Shown: positions 49,558 through 59,422 of the stretch, piece after piece
Layout of the letters: each line of letters starts with the position of its first letter
How positions within the stretch are numbered: position 1 is the first letter of the stretch
Assembly (NCBI GenBank): GCA_965213625.1
Contig: CBDBZU010000004.1
Coordinates: 768,001-832,000 of the forward strand
Direction of reading: 5' to 3'
Length of the DNA stretch: 64,000 nt
Origin: a bacterium
GTDB taxonomy: Bacteria > UBA8248
Notes under the pieces: generated by a model
Databases searched by the model: none
What the model was told of the DNA's origin: nothing
The model's input: the letters and a program-made list of their open reading frames with translations, nothing else
Position numbers and translations under genes: made by a program

Positions 49558-49758
49558 ATGTTCGAATTCGCAGGCGAGAACCAACAAGCCGTGAACTTCA
49601 TCTTCCTGTTCGTCACGGGCTTCATCGCCATCAAGGCCATCCGCACGAAAAATCCCGATGGCGGAGCCGATTTCGTGCATCTGCTATTCGGCTGCATCGC
49701 CGCGGTGTTCTTCTTTCTGGTCCTTTTCCAGGACGTGCTCGGCATCGTGAGGTTCTAG
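49558..49758 (+). CDS. Small two-TM hypothetical protein
   Basis: GAGGT RBS, genome-typical codon use, two hydrophobic segments. Confidence 0.7.
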   Translation: MFEFAGENQQAVNFIFLFVTGFIAIKAIRTKNPDGGADFVHLLFGCIAAVFFFLVLFQDVLGIVRF

Positions 49759-49800
49759 AACGTCACGCCTGTTGATACGCCGGGCCTCTTTGCTTGATCT

Positions 49801-50415
49801 TCAGGGTTTGTGCATGCGCTGTTCCGCGTCGATCTCGGGCACGCGCAACAGGCGTCTTTCCGGCGGGAGCGCGAGTTGTTCCTTTAAGTATATCGCGCGC
49901 TTGCGTACTGAGGACGGGTTCGGCGTACCGTAGATCACTTTATCGATGATTCCCGGTCCGTCCACCGCACCCCGGTCGGTCCTGAGCGCCTCGATGTAAT
50001 CTGCGAGCGCCTCCTTGTAACGGCCCTTGATGTCGTGGACGATGCCCCGGTTGGCGTAGGCCGCCGCCATGAGGCCGGCGCCCGTCGCGTCGTCTGGTTC
50101 GATATTTTTCTCGAGGTAATCGATGAGGTAGGTGAGTTCGGCCGAGGCCTTGTCGTACTCCTTCGTCCGGATGAACACCAACGCGCGGCCCATCAGCGCG
50201 CCGCGGTGGTTTGGCCACTCGCGAAGCGCCCGGTTGAAGCTCGTCAGCGCCTCCTCGTAGTTCCCCTCGCTCAGGCGGATATCGCCCTCGCGCGTGGCGT
50301 AATCCCCCGGCTTCTCGTCGGTATACATCTCCCACAGCGCCCATGCGGAAAACATGACGAAAATGAGAATCGCCATGTTCTTGATGAAGCGCTTCAGTAC
50401 GCGCGGGTTCATCAT
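49801..50415 (-). CDS. Membrane-anchored TPR protein
   Basis: N-terminal TM; TPR-like repeats (GNYEEALTSF, ALMGRA, AYANRG...GRYKEALADY); ATGA overlap with upstream gene. Confidence 0.82.
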   Translation of the reverse strand: MMNPRVLKRFIKNMAILIFVMFSAWALWEMYTDEKPGDYATREGDIRLSEGNYEEALTSFNRALREWPNHRGALMGRALVFIRTKEYDKASAELTYLIDYLEKNIEPDDATGAGLMAAAYANRGIVHDIKGRYKEALADYIEALRTDRGAVDGPGIIDKVIYGTPNPSSVRKRAIYLKEQLALPPERRLLRVPEIDAEQRMHKP

Positions 50416-50651
50416 GGCCCCCGAAAAAGATGCGCCACATAGAAGTAGGAAAACACAAAGCACAGCAGCAGCGCCGTCATGCCCGCGCGCTTTTTGAGGT
50501 CGAGGCGTTCTTCGTCCGAGGTTTCCGTCCCGTCTTTCTCCGCCCGCCTGACATAGAGCGTCCAGATGAGTTGACGCACGGGCAGAAACAGCGCAGCGGC
50601 CAGCGCGAGCACCCAGAGCAGCGAGTATTTTGCGGTGAACAATTCAGCCAT
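50412..50651 (-). CDS. Small two-TM membrane protein
   Basis: Two hydrophobic helices flanking a charged loop; between SSS and TPR genes. Confidence 0.75.
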   Translation of the reverse strand: MAELFTAKYSLLWVLALAAALFLPVRQLIWTLYVRRAEKDGTETSDEERLDLKKRAGMTALLLCFVFSYFYVAHLFRGP

Positions 50652-50688
50652 GGGGTTATTTAGCCATCAGGGCGGCGAAGAAACAACA

Positions 50689-50718
50689 CGGGGGAGGGAC
50701 TAAGCGCCCCTCCCCCGC
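50689..50718. terminator. Hairpin downstream of the SSS gene
   Basis: CGGGGGAGGG ... CCCTCCCCCG inverted repeat. Confidence 0.5.
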
Positions 50719-50747
50719 ATGGCGATACTGTTACATCACGGTCTCGT

Positions 50748-52721
50748 CTAGGACGATCCCGCCTGCTCTGCGACCACGTCGCCGATGTCCTCCACAAGCG
50801 CCTCGATTTCCGTATCCGGCACCGTGGACATCTCCATCTTGTAGGCGAGCATCCACATCATGCCCACGCCAAGGGCCCAGAAGAGGATCTGCCAGGCCCA
50901 AATAGAGGGCATGCCGAACGTCCATGCTGCCCGCCCCGCGTTCGGAGCGCCGAAGATCCAGTTGCCGATGACGGCGCCCGGTCCGATACCGAAGAACATC
51001 CAGGCCAGTGTAACGCCCCACGCCATGGGCACGAGACTCTGTTTCTCCGGCGAGAGCGAAGCGTGTTCGGCCAGGAAGTCGTGATACTTCTGCCTGTGCG
51101 CCGACGACGCCGCGTCCTGCGTTTGCGCGGAGACGATCCAGCACACCGCCACGTTGAAGATGATGCCCCAGCCGGCGGAGTGAATCGTCCACGGCCAGCG
51201 TCCCCAGATGTCGATGCCGATTCCCTTGAGAATCGTGAGGCCGAAGTTCTCTGTGAAGATGACGGCCAGCAGACCCGCCGCCAGTCCCCAGGTGGCACCT
51301 TGCCTCGTAATCTTCGGGTACCAGCAAACCGCCACCAGCGGCGGCCACATCTGGAAGCCGAAGGCGACGGCGAGTCCTCCAAGCAACACCAGGGCGTCCC
51401 GCGAGAACGTCGCCACGAGAAGGGCCGAGACCACGATTATCAAAACGCCTATCCGGCCCGCCACTTTCTGGGTTTCATGCGAGGCGCCGGGGTTCAGGTA
51501 CCTCTTGTAGAGATCGCGGGTGAGCATGCCGCCCGCCGTGGACATATACGCCGCACCCGTGGACTGCATGGCCGCCAGCGCACAGACCGCGAGAAGTCCG
51601 ACCAGCCATGGCGCCGCGTCCGCAATGTAGTTGAAGTAGTACGGCACCAGCGAGTCGGGCTTTTTCGCAATGGACGCGGCCAGCACGTCCGATAGCGCAA
51701 GTCCCGCTTTGGTCACCGCCGGGTTCGCGCCGAGAAGGTGCGCGCCCATACCCTGGAACGCGGTGAAGAAGAACAGGATGAACCCGATGCCCGCAGAAGA
51801 CGCCCAGACCTGCTGGGGCGCGAAGGGGCGCGGGTTGTTGTTCGAGAACGCCCACATGGAGAACGCCGGGGAAGACTGAATCCCCATCAGCGCGAACATG
51901 TAGGTCAGGCACATGATGCCCGTCCACAGACCGCCCACGGGCGTCTGCTTGCCCAGGCCGGCCGTGAACTGGATGACGCCCGGAATGGCGAAGTAGGCGT
52001 TGTAGTCGCCGCCGCCGTATCCTTTCGTCGTCCCCCACTTGCCCACCGGGGAGGCCGCCAGCTTGGCGAGGCCTTCGTTCAGCGCACCCCATCCGCCTGC
52101 GATGCTGAGCGCTATGAAGCCCGTGATGATGATGCCCAGCGCGAGGAGAATGCACTGGAGCGTATCCACGTAGGCAACGGCGCGCAGACCCCCGGCTGCC
52201 ACGTAGATGAGCACGACTGCCGAGAGCAGCCACATGCCCACGTTAACGCTGAAAGCGCCATCGGTCAGCACGTTGAACAAGAAGCCCGAGGCCCCGAGTT
52301 GCACGCCGAGGTAGGGAATCGAGAACAGCAGCGCCACGATGACCGTGAGGATGCGGATTGCGTCTCCCTGGAAGTAGTCGGCGAACATTTCCCCGGGCGT
52401 GACATATCCGTAGCGTTTGCCCAGCATCCACTGGCGCTTCAGGAATATCACCCCGGTAAAGGGAATGGTGATTGTGTAGAAGGATGCGTAGGCGTACTGG
52501 AACCCGTCTCGATAGACCAGTCCCGGGTGTCCCATGAACGTCCACCCCGAAAACGACGTCGCCGTCGCCGCCAGGACGAACACCCACATTGATAGCTGGC
52601 GACCCGCAATGAAGTAGTCACCAGCCGTCCTCGCCATCCTCGCGCACTTGATGCCCCAGAAAATACAGTAGGCCCAATAGAGCACGACGAAGGCGAATAG
52701 CCAGAAAATCTTCGCATTCAT
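50748..52721 (-). CDS. Sodium:solute symporter (SSS) family protein
   Basis: DYFIAGR, ATSFSGWTFMGHPG, GGLRAVAYVD, ALAAMQST, DLYKRY; many TM segments. Confidence 0.92.
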   Translation of the reverse strand: MNAKIFWLFAFVVLYWAYCIFWGIKCARMARTAGDYFIAGRQLSMWVFVLAATATSFSGWTFMGHPGLVYRDGFQYAYASFYTITIPFTGVIFLKRQWMLGKRYGYVTPGEMFADYFQGDAIRILTVIVALLFSIPYLGVQLGASGFLFNVLTDGAFSVNVGMWLLSAVVLIYVAAGGLRAVAYVDTLQCILLALGIIITGFIALSIAGGWGALNEGLAKLAASPVGKWGTTKGYGGGDYNAYFAIPGVIQFTAGLGKQTPVGGLWTGIMCLTYMFALMGIQSSPAFSMWAFSNNNPRPFAPQQVWASSAGIGFILFFFTAFQGMGAHLLGANPAVTKAGLALSDVLAASIAKKPDSLVPYYFNYIADAAPWLVGLLAVCALAAMQSTGAAYMSTAGGMLTRDLYKRYLNPGASHETQKVAGRIGVLIIVVSALLVATFSRDALVLLGGLAVAFGFQMWPPLVAVCWYPKITRQGATWGLAAGLLAVIFTENFGLTILKGIGIDIWGRWPWTIHSAGWGIIFNVAVCWIVSAQTQDAASSAHRQKYHDFLAEHASLSPEKQSLVPMAWGVTLAWMFFGIGPGAVIGNWIFGAPNAGRAAWTFGMPSIWAWQILFWALGVGMMWMLAYKMEMSTVPDTEIEALVEDIGDVVAEQAGSS

Positions 52722-53244
52722 ACAAGCGCCTCCCCATTAATAGGAACCAACCCAATTATGCCGTACATCTTGAACGCGAGACCCGAGCCGCATCCCGCGC
52801 CGCAAACATTGAGCATCCTCTAATAAAAGATTCCTCCCTCATGATGAAAACAACGAACATCCACAGGGCGAAATTTTTATTGGCGCATATATAAATACGT
52901 TCTCAAATATGTCTCATATTGTAACCTTTTCGTATCAAAATGCAAAACATAAAAAAACGGGGCATTTTCCCGGAATCCTCCATATAGCGTTATATTCAGC
53001 AAAAACAACCCTCTCGCGAGGGAGTGGCCGGTGAAAGATTTTCCGAGGAGCAACTACTTTCTCACAGGTGGATATTATGAAAATCCTAAAATATCCAGGC
53101 GGTGAGGCGAGGCCCGAAACCAGCGAAGAGCACACGCCCGAACAATGAAGAATATGGGGGATTTTGCAGACGCATCCCGCAAGAGGCAAGAAGGGATTTT
53201 TCAGGGGGGAGAGAATTCCACTGGGAGCAACGGGATACACCCAA

Positions 53245-53275
53245 CAAAAAAGCCGGGGCCGCGTGGCCCCGGCTT
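53245..53275 (-). terminator. Rho-independent terminator after tRNA-Arg
   Basis: AAGCCGGGGCC-ACGC-GGCCCCGGCTTTTTT on the minus strand. Confidence 0.8.
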
Positions 53276-53286
53276 CTCTTGTCAGA

Positions 53287-53363
<77 letters not shown>

Positions 53364-53656
53364 ACTCTTTCTTTATAGCCCGCAAGACGCACATCTTGCA
53401 AACAAAACGGGGAAACTATCTCTACATGGAAGCAGGGTCAAGAGGGCGGGGGATGCGCGGAGCGCTTCTGTTCTCCGGGACGAGAACACCCCGCCCTCAA
53501 GACTAATTATTTTCCCGCGCGCGCTTGAAAACGCACCCGCCTATCCATTAGACTCACCATGCGGTTATAGGGAATCCATACATTTTTCGCGGTTTTGGGG
53601 GGAGTGTTCGTGCGCTTCGCCCTACACGCGGCCTGGTCCGGAGGATACGCTTCATC

Positions 53657-54325
53657 ATGATGAGTTGGCTCCCCGAGAACATTTCTCTCGAAGGAGAGGA
53701 AATCGATTTTCTCTTCTATATCTCCTACTACCTTACGGTGGTCGTCTTCGTCATGGTCGCCGCCGCGATGATCTATTTCCTCATCAAATACCGCGCCAAA
53801 CCCGGCGTGAAGGCGAAATACACGCACGGCAACAACACGCTGGAGATTCTCTGGACGGTGATCCCCACCCTCATCCTGCTCGTCTTCGTCCTGATGACGC
53901 AGACCTCCTGGGCAAAGCTCAAGCTGGCGATCCCCCAGAACCCGCACGTGCGCGTCGAGGTTACCGGCAAGCAGTTCAACTGGATTGTCCGCTACCCCGG
54001 AGACGACAAGAAATTCGGCACCAAAGACGATCTGGTGCTCGACAACCAGTTGAACGTGCCCGTCAACAAGCAGTTGCTCATCTCGCTCAAGGGGGCGGAC
54101 GTCATCCACAGCTTCTTCATACCTCATACCCGCATGAAGCAGGACGTGGTTCCGGGCCGGACGATTCCGCTGTGGTTCACGCCGACCAAGGTGGGAAAAT
54201 TCGAGATTCCATGCGCGGAACTGTGCGGCTTCGGGCACTCCGGCATGAACGGGGAGTTCATCGTCCACTCCGAGGCCGACTACGCCAAGTGGCGCAAGAA
54301 GGCGTGGGCCGAGAAGGACAAATAA
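53657..54325 (+). CDS. coxB: Cytochrome c oxidase subunit II
   Basis: Two TM, LEILWTVIP, DVIHSF, CuA motif CAELCGFGHSGM; no fused cytochrome c. Confidence 0.95.
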   Translation: MMSWLPENISLEGEEIDFLFYISYYLTVVVFVMVAAAMIYFLIKYRAKPGVKAKYTHGNNTLEILWTVIPTLILLVFVLMTQTSWAKLKLAIPQNPHVRVEVTGKQFNWIVRYPGDDKKFGTKDDLVLDNQLNVPVNKQLLISLKGADVIHSFFIPHTRMKQDVVPGRTIPLWFTPTKVGKFEIPCAELCGFGHSGMNGEFIVHSEADYAKWRKKAWAEKDK

Positions 54326-54425
54326 ACGGCTGTATTCATGAGGGCTCGCGCCCTCTTTCATATCTTGAACGGGTCGTCGGGAGTTTTCCTCCGATAAACC
54401 AAACTTACGAGGGATGCAGGAAACC

Positions 54426-56387
54426 ATGAGCGAAACCACGGCAGACGCACACGGCGCTCACGACCACCACGAAGGTGGGTTCTGGAGCACATACGTCTTC
54501 TCGCTGGACCACAAGATGATCGCCAGGCAGTTCCTCTGGCTCGGCCTCATCATGATGGTCGTGGGCGGAATTCTCGCCCTGATCTTCCGCTGGCAACTCG
54601 CCTGGCCGGAAACCCAGGTTTGGGGCTTCGAGTGGATATCGGACGAGAGCGAAGGCATGCCCGAGGGCTACGTCACGCCGAACTTCTACAACATGGCGGT
54701 CACCATGCACGCGACCATCATGGTGTTCCTCGTCGTAATGCCGATTCTGGTGGGCTGTTTCGGGAACTTCCTCATCCCGCTGATGATCGGGGCGCGCGAC
54801 ATGGCATTCCCGGTCTTGAACATGCTTTCGTTCTGGATCGCCGTTCTGGGCGCCGTCATCATGTGTTCGGGATTCCTGGTCGAGGGAGGACACGCCGCCG
54901 CCGGCTGGACCGGTTACGCGCCGTTATCCACCATACCGGAATACACAGGCGTCTTTATGGGACAGACATTATGGGCATTAAGTCTGTTCGTGCTGAGTTT
55001 CTCCTCGCTCATGGGCTCGATCAACTACATCACCACGCTCATCAACATGCGCACCGAGGGCATGACCTGGTTCCGGGTGCCCCTCGTCGTGTGGTCTTTG
55101 TTCGTCACCGCAATCCTGGGCCTGCTGGCCCTGCCCATTCTGGGTTCCGCGGGCGCGATGATGATTTTCGACCGTGTGTTCGAGACCAATTTCTTCAACC
55201 CGGCGAAGGGGGGCGAACCCCTCCTTTGGCAGCACCTGTTCTGGTACTTCGGTCACCCGGAAGTCTACATTCTCATCCTTCCGGGCATGGGCATCGCTTC
55301 GGAGTTGTTGCCTGTTTATTGCAGAAAACCGATCTTCGGCTACCGGGCCATGGTGTACGCCATGCTCGCCATCGCATTCCTGTCGTGGATCGTCTGGGGC
55401 CATCATATGTTCCAGTCCGGCATGAACCCCGCACTCGGTTCGGCCTTCATGATGACGACGCTCGTCATCGCGATACCATCGGCGATCAAGACCTTCAACT
55501 GGCTGGGAACCCTGTGGGGCGGTTCTATCCGCTTCACCGTGCCGATGCTCCATTCCCTGGCCTTCGTCATCCTGTTCGTCATCGGCGGGCTGAGCGGCAT
55601 TTTCATGGCCTCGAACGTGGTGGACATCTACATCCACGACACCTACTTCATCGTGGCGCATTTCCACTACGTCATCTTCGGCGGCAGCGTATTCGCGCTC
55701 TTCGGCGGCATACAGCACTGGTTCCCGAAAATGTTCGGTCGCGCGATGGACGAGGCGCTGGGCAAGGTGCACTTCTGGCTCACGTTCATCTTCTTCAACC
55801 TGGTGTTCTTCCCGATGCACATCCTGGGCGTGGGCGGCCACATGCGGCGCATCTACAACCCCATGCAGTATGAGTTCTTGCAAGGGATGCAGCCGATTAA
55901 CGTGATTATCACCCTCTCGGCGCTTGCGCTGGGACTCTCGCAGATTCCCTTCGTGTTCAACTTCTTCGCCACCGTCTTCCGCTGGAACGCGAAGTGGTTC
56001 CGCGTACTCACCCAGGCGGTTTCGGCTCTCATCGTCGGTTTCATCGGCTACAAGAGCGTTGCGGTGATGTTCGAGGGCCTGATGGAGCCCGAACTCTCGA
56101 TGGGCGGGCGCATCGTGGGCACTATCGTCGCCATCGCGCTTGCGGCCTGGATCTACCGCTATCTCGAGAAGAACATGGCTCCGCTGGGCGCCGACGCGCC
56201 CCAGAACCCCTGGGACGCCAACACGCTCGAGTGGGTGGCACCCACGCCGGCGCCGCACGGGAACTTCGGTCCCACGCTGCCGGTTGTCCGCCGCGGGCCT
56301 TATGAATACAGCGTTCCCGGCGAGAGCGCCGACTGGGCGCCGCAGACCGAAGCCATCGACCCGGCGCTCGTCGAAGCCGGACACTAG
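54426..56387 (+). CDS. coxA: Cytochrome c oxidase subunit I, A1-type
   Basis: DHKMI, TMHATIM, WYFGHPEVY (A1), WGHH, HDTYFIVAHFHY, MRR. Confidence 0.96.
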   Translation: MSETTADAHGAHDHHEGGFWSTYVFSLDHKMIARQFLWLGLIMMVVGGILALIFRWQLAWPETQVWGFEWISDESEGMPEGYVTPNFYNMAVTMHATIMVFLVVMPILVGCFGNFLIPLMIGARDMAFPVLNMLSFWIAVLGAVIMCSGFLVEGGHAAAGWTGYAPLSTIPEYTGVFMGQTLWALSLFVLSFSSLMGSINYITTLINMRTEGMTWFRVPLVVWSLFVTAILGLLALPILGSAGAMMIFDRVFETNFFNPAKGGEPLLWQHLFWYFGHPEVYILILPGMGIASELLPVYCRKPIFGYRAMVYAMLAIAFLSWIVWGHHMFQSGMNPALGSAFMMTTLVIAIPSAIKTFNWLGTLWGGSIRFTVPMLHSLAFVILFVIGGLSGIFMASNVVDIYIHDTYFIVAHFHYVIFGGSVFALFGGIQHWFPKMFGRAMDEALGKVHFWLTFIFFNLVFFPMHILGVGGHMRRIYNPMQYEFLQGMQPINVIITLSALALGLSQIPFVFNFFATVFRWNAKWFRVLTQAVSALIVGFIGYKSVAVMFEGLMEPELSMGGRIVGTIVAIALAAWIYRYLEKNMAPLGADAPQNPWDANTLEWVAPTPAPHGNFGPTLPVVRRGPYEYSVPGESADWAPQTEAIDPALVEAGH

Positions 56388-56419
56388 CGCCGCCGTAAAC
56401 ACCCCGGGAGTGAACGCGC

Positions 56420-57364
56420 ATGGCAACTGACCGCCATGCTGGCCTTCCCGCCGCAAAAGGGGGAGGCTGGCCCCATCGCTTCGCCTTGCTGACCTGCGTC
56501 TTCACCGTCGTACTCATCATCGCCGGCGGTCTGGTGACGAGCACGGGTTCGGGCCTCGCCGTTCCCGACTGGCCCAACACGTTCGGCTACAACATGTTCT
56601 TGTTCCCGTGGTCGAAGATGGTGGGCGGCGTTTTCATCGAACACTCACACCGCCTGCTCGGCTCGCTGGTCGGAATTCTCACCATCCTGACGGCCGCCGC
56701 CATCTGGAAAACCGATGAGCGCAAATGGTTGCGCAGGCTGGGCGCATTCGCCGTCGGTCTGGTAATTTTACAAGGAGTGCTCGGAGGGATGCGGGTGGTT
56801 CTCATTAAACTCAACCTGGCCATCGTCCACGCCTGCGTCGCGCAAATTTTCTTCGCCCTCATGGTGAGCCTGGCGTTGTTCACTTCACGCGGCTGGCGAG
56901 AAGATGCAGACAGCGCAGACGACAAACGACTGGCGAGACTGAGCCTTATCACCGTTTTGCTGCTCTACGTCCAAATCATCTTCGGCGCGGTGCTGCGCCA
57001 CACCGGAAACAGGCTCGATGCCCACCTGCTCTTCGCGGCATTGAGCAGTATCCACGTCATCCTCCTCTCTTACAAAATTCTGAAGCTGCCGAACCCGGGC
57101 ACCCTCGCGAAAGAGGCGAACTGCCTGTGGATCTTGCTGCTCGTACAACTAACGCTGGGCTTCGGCTCCTGGGTTGGCAAATACGCAGCCATGGGCGAAG
57201 CCTTCACGCCCGGATTCATCATCGCAATAACCTCCGCCCACGTCGTGGTGGGCGCGATGCTCTTCGCGGCCTCTCTCGTCCTGGCCCTTCGCCTCAACAA
57301 AAGCGGCCTGTTCGCCTTAAAAACCGCTGAAGCGCCAGTCGCTGCGGGAGGCGCGCGCGCATGA
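56420..57364 (+). CDS. ctaA: Heme A synthase (COX15/CtaA)
   Basis: GGLVTSTGSGLAVPDWP, EHSHRL, QGVLGG, VHAC. Confidence 0.88.
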   Translation: MATDRHAGLPAAKGGGWPHRFALLTCVFTVVLIIAGGLVTSTGSGLAVPDWPNTFGYNMFLFPWSKMVGGVFIEHSHRLLGSLVGILTILTAAAIWKTDERKWLRRLGAFAVGLVILQGVLGGMRVVLIKLNLAIVHACVAQIFFALMVSLALFTSRGWREDADSADDKRLARLSLITVLLLYVQIIFGAVLRHTGNRLDAHLLFAALSSIHVILLSYKILKLPNPGTLAKEANCLWILLLVQLTLGFGSWVGKYAAMGEAFTPGFIIAITSAHVVVGAMLFAASLVLALRLNKSGLFALKTAEAPVAAGGARA

Positions 57365-58251
57365 CGAATTACCGCACCGAGGCGATGAATCTCGACACCG
57401 CCAAGCGAAGGGCGGTTGATTACCTGGAACTCACAAAACCGCGCATCCTGCCGATGGTACTGGTGGTCACCGCCGCGGGTTTCTATCTCGCCTCGGGCGC
57501 AGGGCTCGAAATTATCCTGCTCATCCACACGCTTATCGGCTCGGCCTTTGCGACGGGCGGCGCGCTGGCGCTGAACCAGGCGTCCGAAGAAGACCTTGAC
57601 GCCCGGATGATCCGGACGCAAAAACGCCCGCTGCCAGACGGGCGGCTTCTCAAGTTCGATGCGCTCCTGTTCGGTTCCGCCATCATGCTGCTGGGGGTGG
57701 CCTATCTGGCCATTTTCGTGAACCCCTTCACGGCGCTTCTCATTGCGGCCACCGGCGGGCTGTATCTGTTCCTGTATACGCCGCTAAAACGAACGACCTC
57801 GTTCAACAGCGTCGTGGGCGCGGTTCCGGGCGCCATGCCGCCGGTCATCGGCTGGGCGGCGGCCACGGGTGCGCTCTCGGTCGAGGCGTTCGTGGTGTTC
57901 TGCATCATGTTCCTCTGGCAGATTCCCCACGCGCTAGCGATAGCCGTCATGTACCGCGAGGATTTCGCGAGAGCGGACATCAAGCTCCTTCCCATCGAGG
58001 ACCCGGGCGGCGCGAGCACGGGCAGGCAGGTCATCGCCTATTGCATGGCGCTCATTCCCGCAGGAATGGCCCCGGCTCTCATCGGCATGGCGGGCCCCGC
58101 TTATTTCGCGGTCTCCACAATACTGGGAATCATTTACCTGGGTTATGGCATTCACATGGCCAGAGAAAAAGGGACCGCCTCCGCAAGGCGCCTGTTCTAC
58201 TACTCGCTGATTTATCTGCCTGCCCTCCTGCTGGCCATGATATTCGGATGA
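57361..58251 (+). CDS. ctaB: Protoheme IX farnesyltransferase
   Basis: LTKPRI, D..M.RT.KRPLP.GR, LYTPLKR, GAVPGAMPPVIGW, WQIPH. Confidence 0.94.
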   Translation: MTNYRTEAMNLDTAKRRAVDYLELTKPRILPMVLVVTAAGFYLASGAGLEIILLIHTLIGSAFATGGALALNQASEEDLDARMIRTQKRPLPDGRLLKFDALLFGSAIMLLGVAYLAIFVNPFTALLIAATGGLYLFLYTPLKRTTSFNSVVGAVPGAMPPVIGWAAATGALSVEAFVVFCIMFLWQIPHALAIAVMYREDFARADIKLLPIEDPGGASTGRQVIAYCMALIPAGMAPALIGMAGPAYFAVSTILGIIYLGYGIHMAREKGTASARRLFYYSLIYLPALLLAMIFG

Positions 58252-58370
58252 GCGAAGCGATGGACAAGACGCAAACAAGGAACAAGAACCGGCGCACCGG
58301 GGTTTTGCTTTTTCTGTTCATCGTGTGCCTGGCCGCCTTTGCATGGACCGTGGCCATCATCAAGAACTAG
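58248..58370 (+). CDS. 40-aa single-TM microprotein in the cox operon
   Basis: ATGA overlap with ctaB; basic patch RNKNRR then hydrophobic helix. Confidence 0.55.
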   Translation: MSEAMDKTQTRNKNRRTGVLLFLFIVCLAAFAWTVAIIKN

Positions 58371-58385
58371 ACGGGAGGAATCTCG

Positions 58386-59087
58386 TTGAACCCGGTACTC
58401 GAAGCGACTCCGAAAGATAAACAGGAGCGATGGGAAGGCACGCCCCCTCAGCCTCCGCCGGAACCACCCGACGACAACGGGGGCAACGGAAACGGAGGAG
58501 GAGACGACGCCTGGGATGCGGCTCCCGCCGGGAAACCCCTGCTCGGAAACACCCAGCTCGCCATGCTGGTCTTGATCGCGGCCGAAATCATGTTCTTCTC
58601 GGGCCTCGTGGGGGCCTTTCTGGTCTTTCGCTTCAGCGGAAAACCCTGGCCGCCGCCCTTTCAGCCGCGCCTGCCGGTGGAAGTCACAGCCGTCAATACG
58701 GCCCTCCTCCTGTTGAGCAGCTACACGATGGTCCGCGCGCAGCTTACGCTCAAAAGAGGCAACGCGAAGGCCCTGCCAAAGCTACTCACCGTCACGGGCG
58801 TTCTGGGCGTTGTATTCCTCGCCATCCAGGGTTACGAATGGGTGCGTCTGGTCAACTTCGGCCTCACCGCGTCGGCGAACGTCTACGGATCGCTGTTTTA
58901 CACCATCATCGGAACGCACGGTTTTCACGTGCTGAGCGCGGTCGTCTGGCTGGTCGCGGTTCTCGTCCGCGCGCATCTGGGAAAATACTCAACCCGCAAT
59001 CCCAACGGGGTTGTCGCATGCGCGATGTACTGGCATCTCGTGGTGGGGCTATGGCCGATTCTGTTCTATCTGGTCTACTTGCTGTAG
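58386..59087 (+). CDS. Cytochrome c oxidase subunit III (copy 1)
   Basis: EIMFFSGL, NTALLLLSS, Q.YEW, GTHGFHV, YWHLV. Confidence 0.9.
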   Translation: MNPVLEATPKDKQERWEGTPPQPPPEPPDDNGGNGNGGGDDAWDAAPAGKPLLGNTQLAMLVLIAAEIMFFSGLVGAFLVFRFSGKPWPPPFQPRLPVEVTAVNTALLLLSSYTMVRAQLTLKRGNAKALPKLLTVTGVLGVVFLAIQGYEWVRLVNFGLTASANVYGSLFYTIIGTHGFHVLSAVVWLVAVLVRAHLGKYSTRNPNGVVACAMYWHLVVGLWPILFYLVYLL

Positions 59088-59110
59088 CGGTGCAGGAACC
59101 GCCCAAAACG

Positions 59111-59140
59111 TTGACACATTCTCTAAGCGGGTGGCATACT
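59111..59140 (+). promoter_or_regulatory. Putative internal sigma70 promoter within the cox operon
   Basis: TTGACA-18 nt-CATACT with TG at the extended -10 position, just before AAGGAG. Confidence 0.5.
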
Positions 59141-59158
59141 CGCCTCAAGGAGAATCAG

Positions 59159-59422
59159 GTGAAACCGGTCGTTTACATTCTTATCGCCACAGTCTTGGGC
59201 ATCGTCCTCTCAAGTCAGGATTACGCCTTCGCCTGCGCGGTGTGCGGGGTGGACTCGGAGCCGGGATTCCTCTGGAGCATGGGCTTTCTGATCAGCATGC
59301 CGTTCGTTATCGCCTCGGTTACGGGCGGCTATTTCGTATACAATTCTCGGCGTGCGAAAAAATCGCCGGCGAGCAAAGACATTTTTACTGAATGTATAAG
59401 AAGGAGAAGGCGAAGTGACTGA
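59159..59422 (+). CDS. Small exported CxxC membrane protein
   Basis: AAGGAG RBS + GTG; signal peptide ending AFA then CAVC; one TM; overlaps next start. Confidence 0.7.
   Translation: MKPVVYILIATVLGIVLSSQDYAFACAVCGVDSEPGFLWSMGFLISMPFVIASVTGGYFVYNSRRAKKSPASKDIFTECIRRRRRSD

Noticed and set aside
54620-56456. Long alternative-frame and antisense ORFs over coxA (similar ones overlap dpp, RND and SSS genes)
   Set aside because: Expected artefacts of high GC3 codon bias overlapping well-supported genes
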